From Sarea resinae (lineage: Eukaryota): 64,000 nucleotides of DNA. Positions within the stretch are counted from its first letter, which is position 1. Each line of letters opens with the position of its first letter. Shown here piece by piece: positions 25,366 to 37,451 of the stretch. A program made the position numbers and the translations under genes. The stretch lies in contig JAPEUD010000023.1 in the NCBI GenBank assembly GCA_026026165.1, positions 62,001 to 126,000 on the forward strand, given 5' to 3'. Under the pieces are notes generated by a model. That model did not search any database and was not told the origin of the DNA. It saw only the letters and a list, made by a program, of their open reading frames with translations.

Positions 25366-26741
25366 ATGCCACACAGCACCGCCAATAACACCGCTACTCG
25401 GGGTTCCGGCGCAGGTGCCGGAGTCGCTCCATCTCAGTCCCCTCAAGACTCACGCCAGTCTTCAGCCTCTACGACGACGTCTTCACGGCCGCCGCCACCA
25501 GCAACACCAGCGCCGGCGCATCGCGCAACGGGAAATAGATTTTCGATCCCCGCACCCCTCCGTCAGCTGTTCGATAGGTTTCCGTTGTTCACTTATCCTC
25601 CGAACGAGCTGCCCGTGTCAGAGAGAGAGACACGCCGAAGGAGGAAAGGGAAAGGCGGAGAGCATGCACTTTATGTGTTTACGACCGATGAGGACGCGGC
25701 GACGGGGACGCCGAGCTTTAATCCAGGATGTTTAAAGTGGCAGGTTAGTCCTTTCTTATCTCTTTTATCACGTCCAGTCTTTTCTCACCCGTCTTCTACT
25801 ACTTTATTGTCTTCCATCAGAGACAATATTTTGGACTCTCCCCTTCTAACGACGGCCATAGACATACCTCCACATGAGCCATATCCCCTTCACGACCATC
25901 CCATCCACCAACCATGCCTCCCCCACGGGATCCTTGCCATTTCTGCTCCCTTGTTCCCCATCTGCAAGCAAGTCCACAACCGCCCCCAAAGAAGACGCCC
26001 CGCCCTTCCCAATCCCAACAACCAAACTCCAGAAGTGGGCGCGCGACCAGCCTGCCCCAGCATCCGTGCCCGACGAACCCGAGACCGAGCGTTACGAGCC
26101 GTATCTCGCTCTGCTCGATCATAATATACGAAATGCATGGGTCAGTACTCTCTGCTCCCCCATCTCTGCCCTTCTTCTGTCCTTCTTTCCACTCTCAAAA
26201 CCCACAGGGTTCCGTTCCCACCACTGACCGGGTTTTGCGGAGGCCAATCCAGCTGCACACCCTCTACCTCTCACCCTTGAATGCGCATCTCCCAGCATCT
26301 CTATACATAACGCCAAGCACGACCTTCCCACCCCTCCGCACCCACCTCTCCCAATCCCTAGCCACGGCCGCCGAATCAGCGCTGCACACTCACCTCGGCC
26401 CCATCGTTGATATTGAAGCGCTCTACCGAGACGCAGAACTCGCGCTCGATGCCCTTGAGACTCTCCTTCAGACGCGAGGAGGCAAGGGAAATGACACAGA
26501 GAATACAGGACAGGCGCCCTGGTTCTTCTCTTCCCCACATCCCACATATTTCGATGCCGCCGTCTTCGCTTACACGCACCTGCTTCTCGACGAGGGCATG
26601 GGGTGGCGGGACACCCGGTTAGTGTCCGCGGTACGGAAGAAGACGGGCTTGGTCAAGCATAGGGAGAGGGTGCTAAGATTGTGCTATCCTGATCTAACCT
26701 ATAAAGGGCTTCAGGATCGATTGGAGGGACCGTCAATGTAA
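25366..26741 (+). CDS. SAM35: Mitochondrial outer membrane SAM complex subunit Sam35 (metaxin-like); exons 25366-25743, 25862-26140, 26253-26741
   Basis: FSIPAPLRQLFDRFPLFTYPPNELP, PSFNPGCLKWQ|TYL, NHASPTGSLPFLLP, and GST-like C-terminus PTYFDAAVFAYTHLLL. Confidence 0.87.
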
Positions 26742-27082
26742 TTGTATCATCATTGTTATCATGCTCATGATCTAGGAGGCGGGGCTACAGTGTATAGACT
26801 AGAGACGACTTGAACTGCTCAAAAATGCCACTCAATGACGACGCTGAGCAGCATGCATCCAGACCTCAAGTGTTCCGACTAACCCACAACCAAAGGAGAG
26901 AAGAAAGTTAAACGCAAGGGAAAAAAAGGTATCGCAAACGCTCGCTCCGGCAACATAAACAATCGTTGCCCCCCAACTGGAATCAAAGCCCTAAACACTC
27001 CCTGCCCTCCTTTCACCAGGACGACTTGTATGAATAGCGTGTCTCATCACCTCGACCCTGTCAGATCAGCATGGAACGACCA

Positions 27083-28262
27083 TCATGCACCTAGGTCCCC
27101 GACCAGATCCTCCACGTTACTCAGATAGCGCCCAAGAAGGGCTTGTTTCTCTTTCGTGGTGCGCGTGCCCTTGACACTCCCGCCATCACCTCCATAGCCA
27201 TTACCGGCATCGTACGTGGCACCCGTGGCGTCCACTACTGCCTTTGCCGCAGCTGATGCCGGCGACGCGGAAGCACTGGTCCGACTCATGGCGACGAGTT
27301 TACTCGGACTGCGCGCCAGATGCGGCGTTGGCGTAGTAGCGGCGGCGGCCGGATGGTGTTTGTCTCCACCTCCCGCTCCTGCGCGCCCTTGCTTGGCACC
27401 CGCTATAGAGGTAGGGGCTTCCGGCATGAGATAGAAATACAGGAACTCTAGTACTTTTCTCTTGACCTCTCGTGTCGTCTCGGCACGCTGTTTCAGCAGC
27501 GAGGTGACGGTGAGCAGGCCGTCTAGGGATTCAAAGGTGCGGGCATTTGCAGGAGTGTCGAGGAGGGCGGAGACGAGGGTCAGGAGCGTGTGGGATTGAA
27601 TTGCGGGTGGGTTTATGGGGTCGAGGAGGTCGAGGAGGAGCTGTATTATTTCCGAATTTGTCAGGGCGGATTTGGAAAAGAAGTTTTGGACCTAGAGTTA
27701 ATGGAGTACGTACGTTCATGTATATTTCGCGGCTGAAGAGGGAGCGCGAAGGGGGATGGATGAGTAATATGCCTTGGGTCAGGTCGAGTGTGGAGATGAT
27801 GAGGAGATCGTTCTGGCCGTCTGTGAGAGACGAGGTATCCGTTAGTGAGCGCTTGCCGGGTTGTCTAAGGACGATAACATACTGCTTCCTTTCCCGAGAA
27901 GTCGTTCCAGACATGATATCAAGCGGAGAGCCACTGAACCATGGCGTAGTGATCGTCAGCTTCTTCATTCTCGATGCGCACATCGCATGCCGAAAACATA
28001 TCCACTAACCGTTCCACTCAAAACCCTCCTGCAGCTTGAAGAATTCTCGAAATGCCGGATCGTCCTTCAGGGCGCTCAACTGCTTTGGCGACGCCGGCAC
28101 GTTGGCCGAGGAGCGCTTGTCCGGGGATGCGTGAGGTGCGGTCCTGGATCGCGCGAGGCAGATTTGCGCGAGGAGGCCTTCGATCTGGCGCAGCCCTTTG
28201 CGGATTTTACCGCCGTCGTACGAAGAGAGGTAGTCGAACGAGAGCGAAAGGAGCGCTTCCAT
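27083..28262 (-). CDS. cdc14: Septation initiation network protein Cdc14 (S. pombe-type, not the phosphatase); 4 exons
   Basis: MEALLSLSFDYLSS..KIRKGLRQIEGLLAQIC..DDPAFREFFKLQEGFEWN|VALRLI..GILLIHPPSRSLF..NARTFESLDGLLTV..LEFLYFYLMPE..EKQALLGRYLSNVEDLV. Confidence 0.88.
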
Positions 28263-29302
28263 CTTGTTTATGGTGCTCGTTGTTGTCTGCGTGCCCTTTC
28301 CTCTCTGCGAGCGGCTTACGGAATAGGTATCAGTGCCAGCAGTGCACTGGAGTGCTTGGAGGAGGAATAGCGCGTCGTCACATGAGCCTGGAGTTGAGTT
28401 GTGAGATTGGAGTCTTGTAAGGGAATTGGACGAGTCTTGTTGTTGTTCGTCTCGGTGTTGTCGGGGCGACACTAACGGGTAGGCGGTAGCAAGGGGCAGA
28501 ACGCACCCGAGGTCCTTAGACTCGATTCGGACAAGTAGAGATTGCCCTTCGGGGGGTCCTCAGTCAGATCACCGGCGATGATGAGGGGAAAGGGGAAGTG
28601 AGGAGCAACAGGCAGGCATCAAAAACATGGTATACATCTCTGGTTGAAATTGTAATGGTGATTGCATCGAGGAAGAAAAGAGAATCCCTCTGGAACAGGG
28701 GGAGGGAGAGAGATCTAGCATCTAGAGAGTAGCCAACGAGATGCAACGGTATGGGCGCTGGTCGAGAGACAGAAGGGGGGTGAGGGTGGTCTGGCTACTC
28801 TGAAGACATCAAGAACGGTTGACCATGTCTGTGATAGTTGAGGATCTTGATCGTGATCTTGATCTTGTTGATATCGTGGAGATGGACGGGCCGAATGGAG
28901 TCGAGTCGAGTCGACCGATCAATCTGATGTAGATAAGGTTTAGGGTGAGGGCGGCCCTCGATCGGATGGCGGCGGCAGACTGGCCCCGATGATCGCGGCC
29001 ACCAATCGCTCGAGAACTTGCGCAACGTTACGTTACGTACGAAGTACGCCAACCTCCACCCTCCACTCTCAACGGCATTATCACCACCATCACACCAATC
29101 ACCAACGGCACCCGCGCACTCGAGTCGTATGACCGCCAGAGGGTTATGAGCCTCAGTAGCTGGATATCATCGTCATCATCATCTTGTCGATTTATCACCA
29201 CCACCTCTGGATGAATAGTATATAACCGCTCGCCGGCCACCATCCACCATCCTCTAACCTCCATCCTTCATCGACCACTACGTATCATCTCCCACCACCA
29301 CC

Positions 29303-30631
29303 ATGGTCTCCGATAGTCTCAAATCCCCAAATGCCATTCCTCCCCGCACCAGCTCTACCGGCATCACCAACGGCACCGGTTATGCCACCAAACCGGTCCT
29401 CAAGCCCGTCCCGGAAGGCGACTGGTTAGCCCAAGGCAAGGCGCTGCACACGAATGCCACCACCACGATCCCTCCTGGTCTGGAGCCGTCGAGAACGATC
29501 GGCGATGATCTAGTTCATCAGACCCGCGCGACTTGGTCGCCCGAGAAAGAGAAGGTGAGAATGCCATCTCGTAGCCTGCGCCTTGTTTCCCCTCAGACCA
29601 GTAAAGCGACTGAAGGCTGACCCAGCCATCTCGACAAAGATTCTACTCGGCCCATATGATTATATGATCGGACACCCTGGCAAGGACATTCGCGCTCAGC
29701 TCATCGCCGCCTTCAATGCCTGGTTACAAGTACCGGAGGAAAGTCTCGCCGTCATAACCAAGGTCATTGGAATGCTCCACACGGCCTCGCTCCTGTAAGC
29801 ATCGCAATGAACCCGGCTCACGACGGCACTGACAATTTCCAGCATCGACGATGTCGAGGACTCCTCCATACTCCGCCGTGGCGTGCCCGTCGCCCACAGC
29901 ATCTTTGGCACCGCCCAAACTATCAACTCTGCAAATTACGTCTACTTCTATGCCCTGCGCGAACTACAACATCTCCAGAACCCAAAAGCGGTTGACATCT
30001 ATACAGAAGAGCTCATCAACCTGCACCGCGGACAGGGCATGGATCTGTTCTGGCGAGATACCCTCACGTGTCCCTCCGAGGATGATTATCTGGAGATGGT
30101 ATCCAACAAAACGGGCGGGCTATTCAGACTCGCAATCAAGCTCATGCAGGCAGAGAGCAGCTCCGACAAGTTTGTCTCTCCTTCATTGCATTGCAGCCAT
30201 TTATGCCTTTTTCATATCGAGTGCCATACTAAAAGTACCGCAGAGACTGCGTCCCCCTCGTCAACCTGATCGGTATGATCTTCCAAATCCGTGACGACTA
30301 CCTCAACCTCAGCAGCACAACCTATACCCACAACAAAGGTCTCTGCGAAGACCTCACCGAAGGCAAATTCTCCTTTCCTATCATCCACTCCATCCGCGCC
30401 GACCCCTCCAATCTCCAACTCGTCAATATCCTGAAACAGCGCACCCAGGACGACGAGGTGAAAAAATATGCCGTCAGCTACATGGAGCGCACGGGTAGCT
30501 TTGAGTATACGCGCAAGGTGCTAAGAAGTCTGGTGGAACGCGCGAAGGAGATGGTCGAAATGGTGGATGGGGGAATGGGGGCCGGCAGGGGTGTCGGAGC
30601 GATCTTGGAGAGGATCGGATTGGGAGATTAG
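29303..30631 (+). CDS. BTS1: Geranylgeranyl diphosphate synthase (al-3/BTS1 type); exons 29303-29554, 29640-29794, 29843-30169, 30244-30631
   Basis: PGKDIR, LHTASL|LIDDVED (first Asp-rich motif), [46 protein letters not shown]. Confidence 0.95.
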
Positions 30632-31713
30632 GCAGGGAAGTGAGCCGGCACATCTGGGGTATGGCTCTGGATTTGATATGGTCGAATTTTCGCTTTACAT
30701 CTTTGAACGAGATGATATCTATTCGGATCTTCCGACTTCGCTCTCACGTCGGGTACGAAGAGCTGGATCAGGCTCTCAACATTTTGCATCTCCTACTTCT
30801 CTATTCCAACGTCTCTGGCTGCGACTTTGGCTTCGGCCTTTGCCTTGGCAATGGCCACCACATGTTCCGGGATTTGTTTCGTTTGGGCGGCATTCATGCG
30901 GTGTTTTTTTCTCATCCATCTATCCATCTTCGGATGCAGGGCTCTTTTTCCTCGATATTTGATTTCATCTCCCTTTTGCCTTACGATTTCCATAAATTTC
31001 CTTTTTCATCTCATGTCTCTCACATCCCTCATACCTACCTACCTACCTATCTATGTAGCCTACGTATCCGTTGGGCTAAAACCGGACACGATGACCTATC
31101 TATCCGCTTCCTGCCCAAAACTCTTCGCTAGCTTGATTTACTCATTCTTCGCGAATCCGAAAAACATATAGCTGTGATCCTTTGGTCTCTCTTGTGCTAC
31201 AAACATGCTGATATGCTCCCCCTCACTCCGCTGTTGCGGAAACGGGGGAAAGGACGGCCTTGGGAGTAATTTATCTGATGGAATAGATCTTCAGCGATGA
31301 GCCACCCACCTCGAGGCAGATGAGTGATAGAGAGTGACTACCTACTCTAAGAGAGGGAGAGGAAGAGGGAGATCACTCTTTGAGGTTTGCGTGCGATACC
31401 CGTGCTCGTCACAGATAGGCTCGATGTGTGCCCGGGCACTGGATGGAATGGATGGTGTTCATTCGATAAGAATATACTACACTCCACTCGCGACAGGACA
31501 CCTGGACCGTCGTAAATCAAAATCCCGAGAGAAGATAAGAGAACAGGAAGACATTCCTGACGGGGATCGAACCCGGCCGCTGATAGTTAGCGGCGCGGGA
31601 TAGACTCCGACGGCGGGCCAGATGTAAACATGCCCCTTCTGAAAGAGGCAAAACATCAACACGCGCCTCCTGCAAACAGGCGGGGACACGAACACGCACC
31701 TCCCCTCACAGGC

Positions 31714-31910
31714 AAAAAGCTCAGGACTCTCGAGGAGTCCCTACCAAAACCTCTCGGTTTTCTACAGCTCGAGGCCCGGGGTCCTCTGCTTTTTCAGCGA
31801 AGCGTGGGTTCTAAGTTTTATAGCGGCGATCATAAGGGGGAGATGTTGAATTCCCCCGAAGACTCTGAGGAGACGAATCTCCCCGAGCTACGCCACGACA
31901 CCTGCTTGCG
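31714..31910 (-). ncRNA. Putative RNA polymerase III-transcribed structured ncRNA, copy B (unknown family; a longer form may extend to about 31548)
   Basis: Minus strand: ATATAT 31939-31934; canonical A box TGGCGTAGCTCGG 31895-31883; GGGGAGA-TTCG-TCTCCTC and AAAACC-GAGA-GGTTTT tetraloop hairpins; GGGACTC..GAGTCCT; CCTGAGC+T5 at 31725-31714; perfect B box GGTTCGATCC 31573-31564. Confidence 0.68.
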
Positions 31911-32372
31911 AAAGATGTACGTCCTAACTGAACATATATGCCTACATCCACACTCACACTCGCACACACAGCAGCACTCCTGCAGCGGCTCTCACTACAC
32001 GCTGGGTACCACATCCACAGCCACTCCTACCGCACGCACGCACTCATACATTAGCATTTTCTCGTATCCCTTGACAGATTGGTAATACGTAGTCATGCAT
32101 AAAGATTTCAAAGATCGGCAACATTTTCCTCGGAGCTTGATTGTCGGTCCATGGCGGACGGATATCTTAATTTCTTTTTTTTTGTTGTACAGTAGATAGA
32201 ACACAGTTATCTTGTTCGTTGGATACTAGATACGATAGAAAAGATTTTCGTGTGTAATTTGTTTTGTGGGCGGTTGACAGAACGACGAATCGAAGCCCTT
32301 GGCACACAGCATGTCAAAGCATTTTGATCCTTGATCATCCCTCGACAATGGCAGCACGCGCAGGACCGTCAT

Positions 32373-33710
32373 TCAGACCCGTCGGTACAGATGCAGCTGG
32401 TACCGCATGTTCTCTAGCTCGATAGGATACCGCAGACCCTCAGGAAGCCTGAACCAGCGCGATTCGATCGATTCCAGCTTCTCCCATTGGCTCTGTCCCT
32501 GCGCATTCTTGCTGCTGCCCACGCTCGATGCCGACAAGAGGGTGTGATCGAGCAACCAGTGCATCGGGTACTTTTTTTCTTCCGGAGCCTGGGATGTGGA
32601 TTCTGTCGCTGCCGGCTTCTCGCGGAGACCAGTGCCAACAGCAACAGTCGAGTAGCTGCCAGGACTATCAACAACAAGGAGCAACGTGCCTGGTTCTAGC
32701 AGATACGTCAGACTGAGTAGAAGATTGGTGGTCTTGGTCATGGAGGCAGAGTACAGCTCGTTGAGCGTGTACATCAACGTGACTAGTCTGGCACCCTCGA
32801 GCAGCGACGTGAGAGTTGCTAATTCAAGGTCTAGGAGATCGTGTTGGTGGAAGCTCACGGATATTTCCTCGGGGGGAAGCAGGGGTGTGTTAGCAGCTGG
32901 CCGGGCGGAGGCAGGGGCGTATTTGCTTGGAGGTGGCGGAGTGGTGATGGTCCGATGTAGGGTTGAGAGGATATCAGTCCAATTTGCGATGTCGATGGCT
33001 TTGATATTGAGCTGAGGTGATTGCACGCTCCCAGAGCATTGGATAGCGGACGGGGTATCGCACGAAGTGGATGGGCTGGCGTCTGCGTCTGCATCCGCGT
33101 TTGCGTCCGGTTCTGTGCCTTCCGTTGCTTTCAATAATGAATGCATATGGCTCTGATAGCCTGCTAGGCCGACAATTTCGGCGCCTGCACCGCCGCCAAG
33201 GCAGACCATACCCAGTCTTTCTAAATTGGCATCTGGCGGCGATTTCGTCTCATCGTCGCATTGAGAGGGAGAAGCCAGAGATGATCGGTCAGTGAGATAC
33301 TTTCCAATGACTTCACGGAAGATGAGCGAGTAAGCCAGTGCCCTGCTAGAGCTCCACCGGATGGAATAGGCCTGTAGATAATCGTCTTTGCCAAAGGCGA
33401 GTTCGAAATCCCGGTTGTAGAGATGGCCTTTGATCTCTTGCAGCAGACCCTGCAGATTCGTTGAAAAGACAGACGGAAACGAATCCTTGAACACGTTGGC
33501 TAAAAGCTGCAGCAGCTCCAATGGCATCTGCGGGGAGCTGGAGCTTGTCACTTTCGCACTGGCATCATCATCATCATCATCATCTCGGCGTTTGGCTTTC
33601 GCTGGATGTCGGTCATCTTTCGATCCTCTGGACTTGGCCTTCGTCGGTGCTTTCGCTTTTGTATAATCTCTGACATTCTTTTCCTTCTTCGCTTTAGTAT
33701 TCGCTCCCAT
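32373..33710 (-). CDS. BMT6: 25S rRNA uridine-N3 methyltransferase, Bmt6-like (DUF3115), intronless
   Basis: IKGHLYNRDFELAFG..YLQAYSIRWSSSRALAY, CLGGGAGAEIVGLA SAM motif, DIANW, TLMYTLNELYS, LLVVDSPGSYS, YPIELENMRYQ. First ATG at 33710. Confidence 0.85.
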   Translation of the reverse strand: MGANTKAKKEKNVRDYTKAKAPTKAKSRGSKDDRHPAKAKRRDDDDDDDASAKVTSSSSPQMPLELLQLLANVFKDSFPSVFSTNLQGLLQEIKGHLYNRDFELAFGKDDYLQAYSIRWSSSRALAYSLIFREVIGKYLTDRSSLASPSQCDDETKSPPDANLERLGMVCLGGGAGAEIVGLAGYQSHMHSLLKATEGTEPDANADADADASPSTSCDTPSAIQCSGSVQSPQLNIKAIDIANWTDILSTLHRTITTPPPPSKYAPASARPAANTPLLPPEEISVSFHQHDLLDLELATLTSLLEGARLVTLMYTLNELYSASMTKTTNLLLSLTYLLEPGTLLLVVDSPGSYSTVAVGTGLREKPAATESTSQAPEEKKYPMHWLLDHTLLSASSVGSSKNAQGQSQWEKLESIESRWFRLPEGLRYPIELENMRYQLHLYRRV

Positions 33711-36103
33711 TTTGGCGTCCCGGCCGTACAAGAGATCAAGTGGAGGCTGAGGTATTCGAGTTGTCTCGAGCAGACAGTTAATTCATGGATTGATCAAATG
33801 TGAGGTGGAGGACCGCTCTAAGTAATCGTAGGGCACTAATGCTGGTAGCCGCCGGCTAAGCTGCATGAAATTGTCTGCCTTTGGGCTTGACTTGACGTGC
33901 ACAGCCAGGGCTAGTCCCGAGACCTCCACGTTTACACTAGAGTAATAGACTCATAAGCCAAATATCATCGTGTTTTCGCTTGAGAAGACATGGTGTTGAT
34001 ATCAGTTCAATCGTGCTTGGTCCTGCATCTCTGGTGGCTCGTATGCTTCCAGCAGGCTCTGTGCCGCCCAGGGCTAGGTATGGCTTCGTGCAGTTCTCGG
34101 TCTGCCGTGCCCATTTCTATTCTTCACAGATGTCACTCAAGTTTGATTACCTTCTATGGGGGGCCTTTCGGTGTCTTTGATCATTACTCCCGTACCCTAC
34201 GTACTGGATATGATTCTACCCCAGCGGGGATCCTTAAAGATTACTATAAGGTAGATTGTATGAGCAAATTGATGGAAGCAAGTCAATCTGAATATACGCT
34301 GCGCTTGTTGCTCCTTTGGATGGTTGACCCCAACGTCTTCTCTCATCCCCTTGCTTTCCATCTCCATCTTTGTCTTTTATTACAAGCCATCCACTGGCCG
34401 AATCGTGATTGTACAGACCTCACCGAAGAGGCGGATTCCTCCAACACCCTTCTGCGCTGCATCCCCATCTTGTCATCCTCGCCAGGTTCGCATCTTTTGA
34501 CAACGAACCCCTTACAGAGCGAATGATATATCTGAGGGAATGTTGTGGTCGAGTTGCTATCATGACTTTGGGGATGTTCCTGCCATCGTGGCCCTGTGAC
34601 TCGTGTCTCGTCTCTGAGGACATTATACTGGAACGCCATGAAATACGAACAAAACTCGAATACCATGTTCTGGGCCGGAAATGCTCTGCATGAAGGCTGA
34701 GCTTGGTTGCGTACGCTGTACCACGAGGCACCCGGCCGCGCACGCAGGTCAGATGGCCTCTGTGCCTCACTCATCTGTAAGTAAGATCATTTCTTCACCC
34801 TACCAGATGTCAGATCTGCGTCTTCCCAAGCAACAAGATCGACGAATGTATCCATTGCTGATGATGTTATTTCAAGTAATATTATCGTTGTAGATACCCG
34901 GGCAGGTATCTATCTACCTTGGGTCGACGTGCAAATTGCGTCATCTAGACACGAGATGTCTCCACGAATACACGATCGTCGTCGATGCATGCTTGGCTGC
35001 TTGTACAGAGTATGGATCGGATGCTCTACTCTGAGTATGAAGTATGCTCTGGACAGGCCCCGAAGTACCACCGCTTCGGGCGGCAATGTTGCCGACCCGT
35101 CCACCGGGATGTCTCCATCTCTCAATCCATCACCGATTTTGATGGTACCTGAGGTAGATATGGTCATGAGATGATGGAGGGAAAGGACTCGAACCAGCTG
35201 GGTGCTTGCTGCTCGACTGACGGGAGCCCACGTCGCAACACTCTCATCCATCTATGCCTTCCCGCTGGTGAAACCGGGTTACGGATCCGGATGTGGCTGA
35301 GTGGCATCCAACGATGCGACTAGCACCACGATGCCGATCCGAAAGTGTCATTTGTCGATTTCTTGCGAGCGGAGAGGACGTGACTGCGCCTCAACGCCAC
35401 ACCTGGCAGGAAAAGTGCGTTGCAAATAAATAGCATCCGAGTCGAGAGATACTAGGATCGCAGTGGATGGGAAGTACTCCGGAGTATGTAGTAGAGGGAA
35501 CGACCTTACGCAGTACAGCAGGTGAAAGTCGCTCGAATGTTCTTACGTCCACTTAGTAGATCATGATGGATCTTTTCTAGCGCCGCGACTACCAAGTGGT
35601 CAAGTACTCCGGAGTAGCGTCCATGTCCTTCAGGGAGGTAGGTGCAGTCCCTGAGATCTCAGGTACCTTGGACATACTTTGCTCGTAGTAGCCCTAGGAC
35701 CTCCAAAGGGCTTGCAGTTGGTGAGGATGACGTCGAAATGGGTGTACCTGAGCTACCAGCCGTGGGTGGCGGCCAAGCCTCTCTCGCTGGCCGGCTCGCT
35801 CGTTCGCTCGCTCGTTCGCTTGACTCGTTTCTGCGGTGACGTTGGGTCAAACTTGGCCGAGAGGGCGACTGAGCTTGGCTGGCTGTGCAATCAATCTTGC
35901 ACCTTAAGTACTACTGTGACGCCCGACTCCCACCCACCAACCACCCCCAATAACTACTCCACTCATCTCCAGCTCGACCGCACCCAACCTCCATCCCACA
36001 GTCATCCGACGTCGAAACATCAGCGAAAAGAAACAGTCGCTTCAAGATCAATCAATTGCAAAACCACTCAGCAACTCCTCGCTCTTCTTAACCAGCCTTC
36101 ATC

Positions 36104-36500
36104 ATGCCTTTCACCGGAAGGTAAGAATCATCTCTTTGTCCGTGCGCGATCGGTGATTTGTAATCTCCCTTCACGTCGGCCTCAACTGGGTCGGGTGTGG
36201 ATTTGGATGCATCAACCGTTGGCGTAGCTCAGGCTCTGGCAATGCGCTCATCTTTATGGACGGTATGGCTCATGTGCTCTCTACAGCGACATCATCAAGA
36301 TCATCTTCGCCATCGTCCTACCGCCTCTGGGTGTCTTCCTAGAACGCGGCTGCGGCGCTGATTTCCTGATCAACATCCTCTTGACCATTCTGGGTTATAT
36401 TCCGGGTATCATCCACGCTCTGTAAGTAACCAGCTTGATCCAAGGCAGCCCATAGACCCATTCTAACAATGCCTCCAGGTACATTATCCTCAAGTTTTAG
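36104..36500 (+). CDS. PMP3: Plasma membrane proteolipid 3 (Pmp3/UPF0057), 57 aa; exons 36104-36120, 36287-36421, 36479-36500
   Basis: MPFTGSDIIKIIFAIVLPPLGVFLERGCGADFLINILLTILGYIPGIIHALYIILKF. Confidence 0.95.
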
Positions 36501-37451
36501 ACTGCGAGATACCCACCTCCAAAACCGTGCCACCTTCAACGATGATCCTCATGGGGTCCGCCATCACCCTGTCCCTATGATTCCCATGTCGTGTCGACCA
36601 GCGCCATGCCTGGCTCACAGTTTCCCTACGCCTCCGCTTGCCGCAGTCGGTGTCTACTACCTCTCACCAGCTTACCCTAAGCGTGTGTGAGGCGTCCGTT
36701 GCTCATTAGGGATACGAGACGAGGCGCTTCTTCTTTGTCTTGCTTTTTCGTTTGGTCGAGGTTTTTGAGTCATGGCCCACGGGCCATCTATTGTATTCAT
36801 AGTGAGCGCGACCAACTAGCTGGGGCTTACCTGTGTACCTATACTTAAATCATACCGTGGCTTGAACCGTGTCTTGGACGTTCCCATTGAGATATGCTTC
36901 ATGATTTCGTGAACTGCGTGAGCATTCGGGTGAATTTAGTCGATGGAGTAGATCAAACCATGCACTATGCGGGAGGGGCATTGTAGAGTAGATCTATACC
37001 GAAAGTAAGCTATGGCATCTTTCAATTTGGCGGATAGCAGTTCACGTCTTCATGACTGCCAAGGTATTTGCGTCATGCTGTGACTACGCGCGTGGGACGA
37101 CAGCCGAGGCAGCGAGCTTCATCCCCACCGAGCAATCGTCAAATCGTTGTTCGATCCGGCCAGCAGGAAAACGCCTGTGAATCCTTTTTTCAGGCCATGG
37201 CAATCACGCGTCGAAACCTCAAGTCTCAAGAAACTGCATCCCAGCTCAGTTCGTCTTGTAGCTACTTTGATATAAATCAGATATTCCTACCATCTAGCCC
37301 TCCCAGCTCAAAACCACAGCTTATGATCCAAGCGTCAAGCTTCTAGCTTCGAACTTCGAGCTTCGAGCTTCAAGCTCATCTCAAATTCGAAGTTATTCAG
37401 GTAGTTCAAACCGCAACCCTCATCCGTGAAGCTCTCTAAGTAAGGTAAAGT

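Noticed and set aside
29080..29103. SREBP-like ATCAC..CCA sites near GGPP synthase
   Set aside because: Embedded in CAC-rich low-complexity sequence and not distinguishable from background.
31600..31800. RNase MRP/P RNA (GACCCCGGGCC and a GAGAG loop resemble CR-I/P8)
   Set aside because: No GAAAGTCCCC CR-I and no complementary CR-V (GGGGCTYA) to form P4.
31548..31910. tRNA (including tRNA-Sec or a tRNA with a giant intron) suggested by the A box and GGTTCGATCC T-arm
   Set aside because: The 7 nt before the A box (GGTGTCG) are not complementary to the bases after the T-arm (CAGGAAT), there is no anticodon arm, and copy A fails in the same way.
33980..35251. Possible gene remnant between the BMT6-like gene and PMP3
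   Set aside because: I could not assemble a recognisable protein in any frame.
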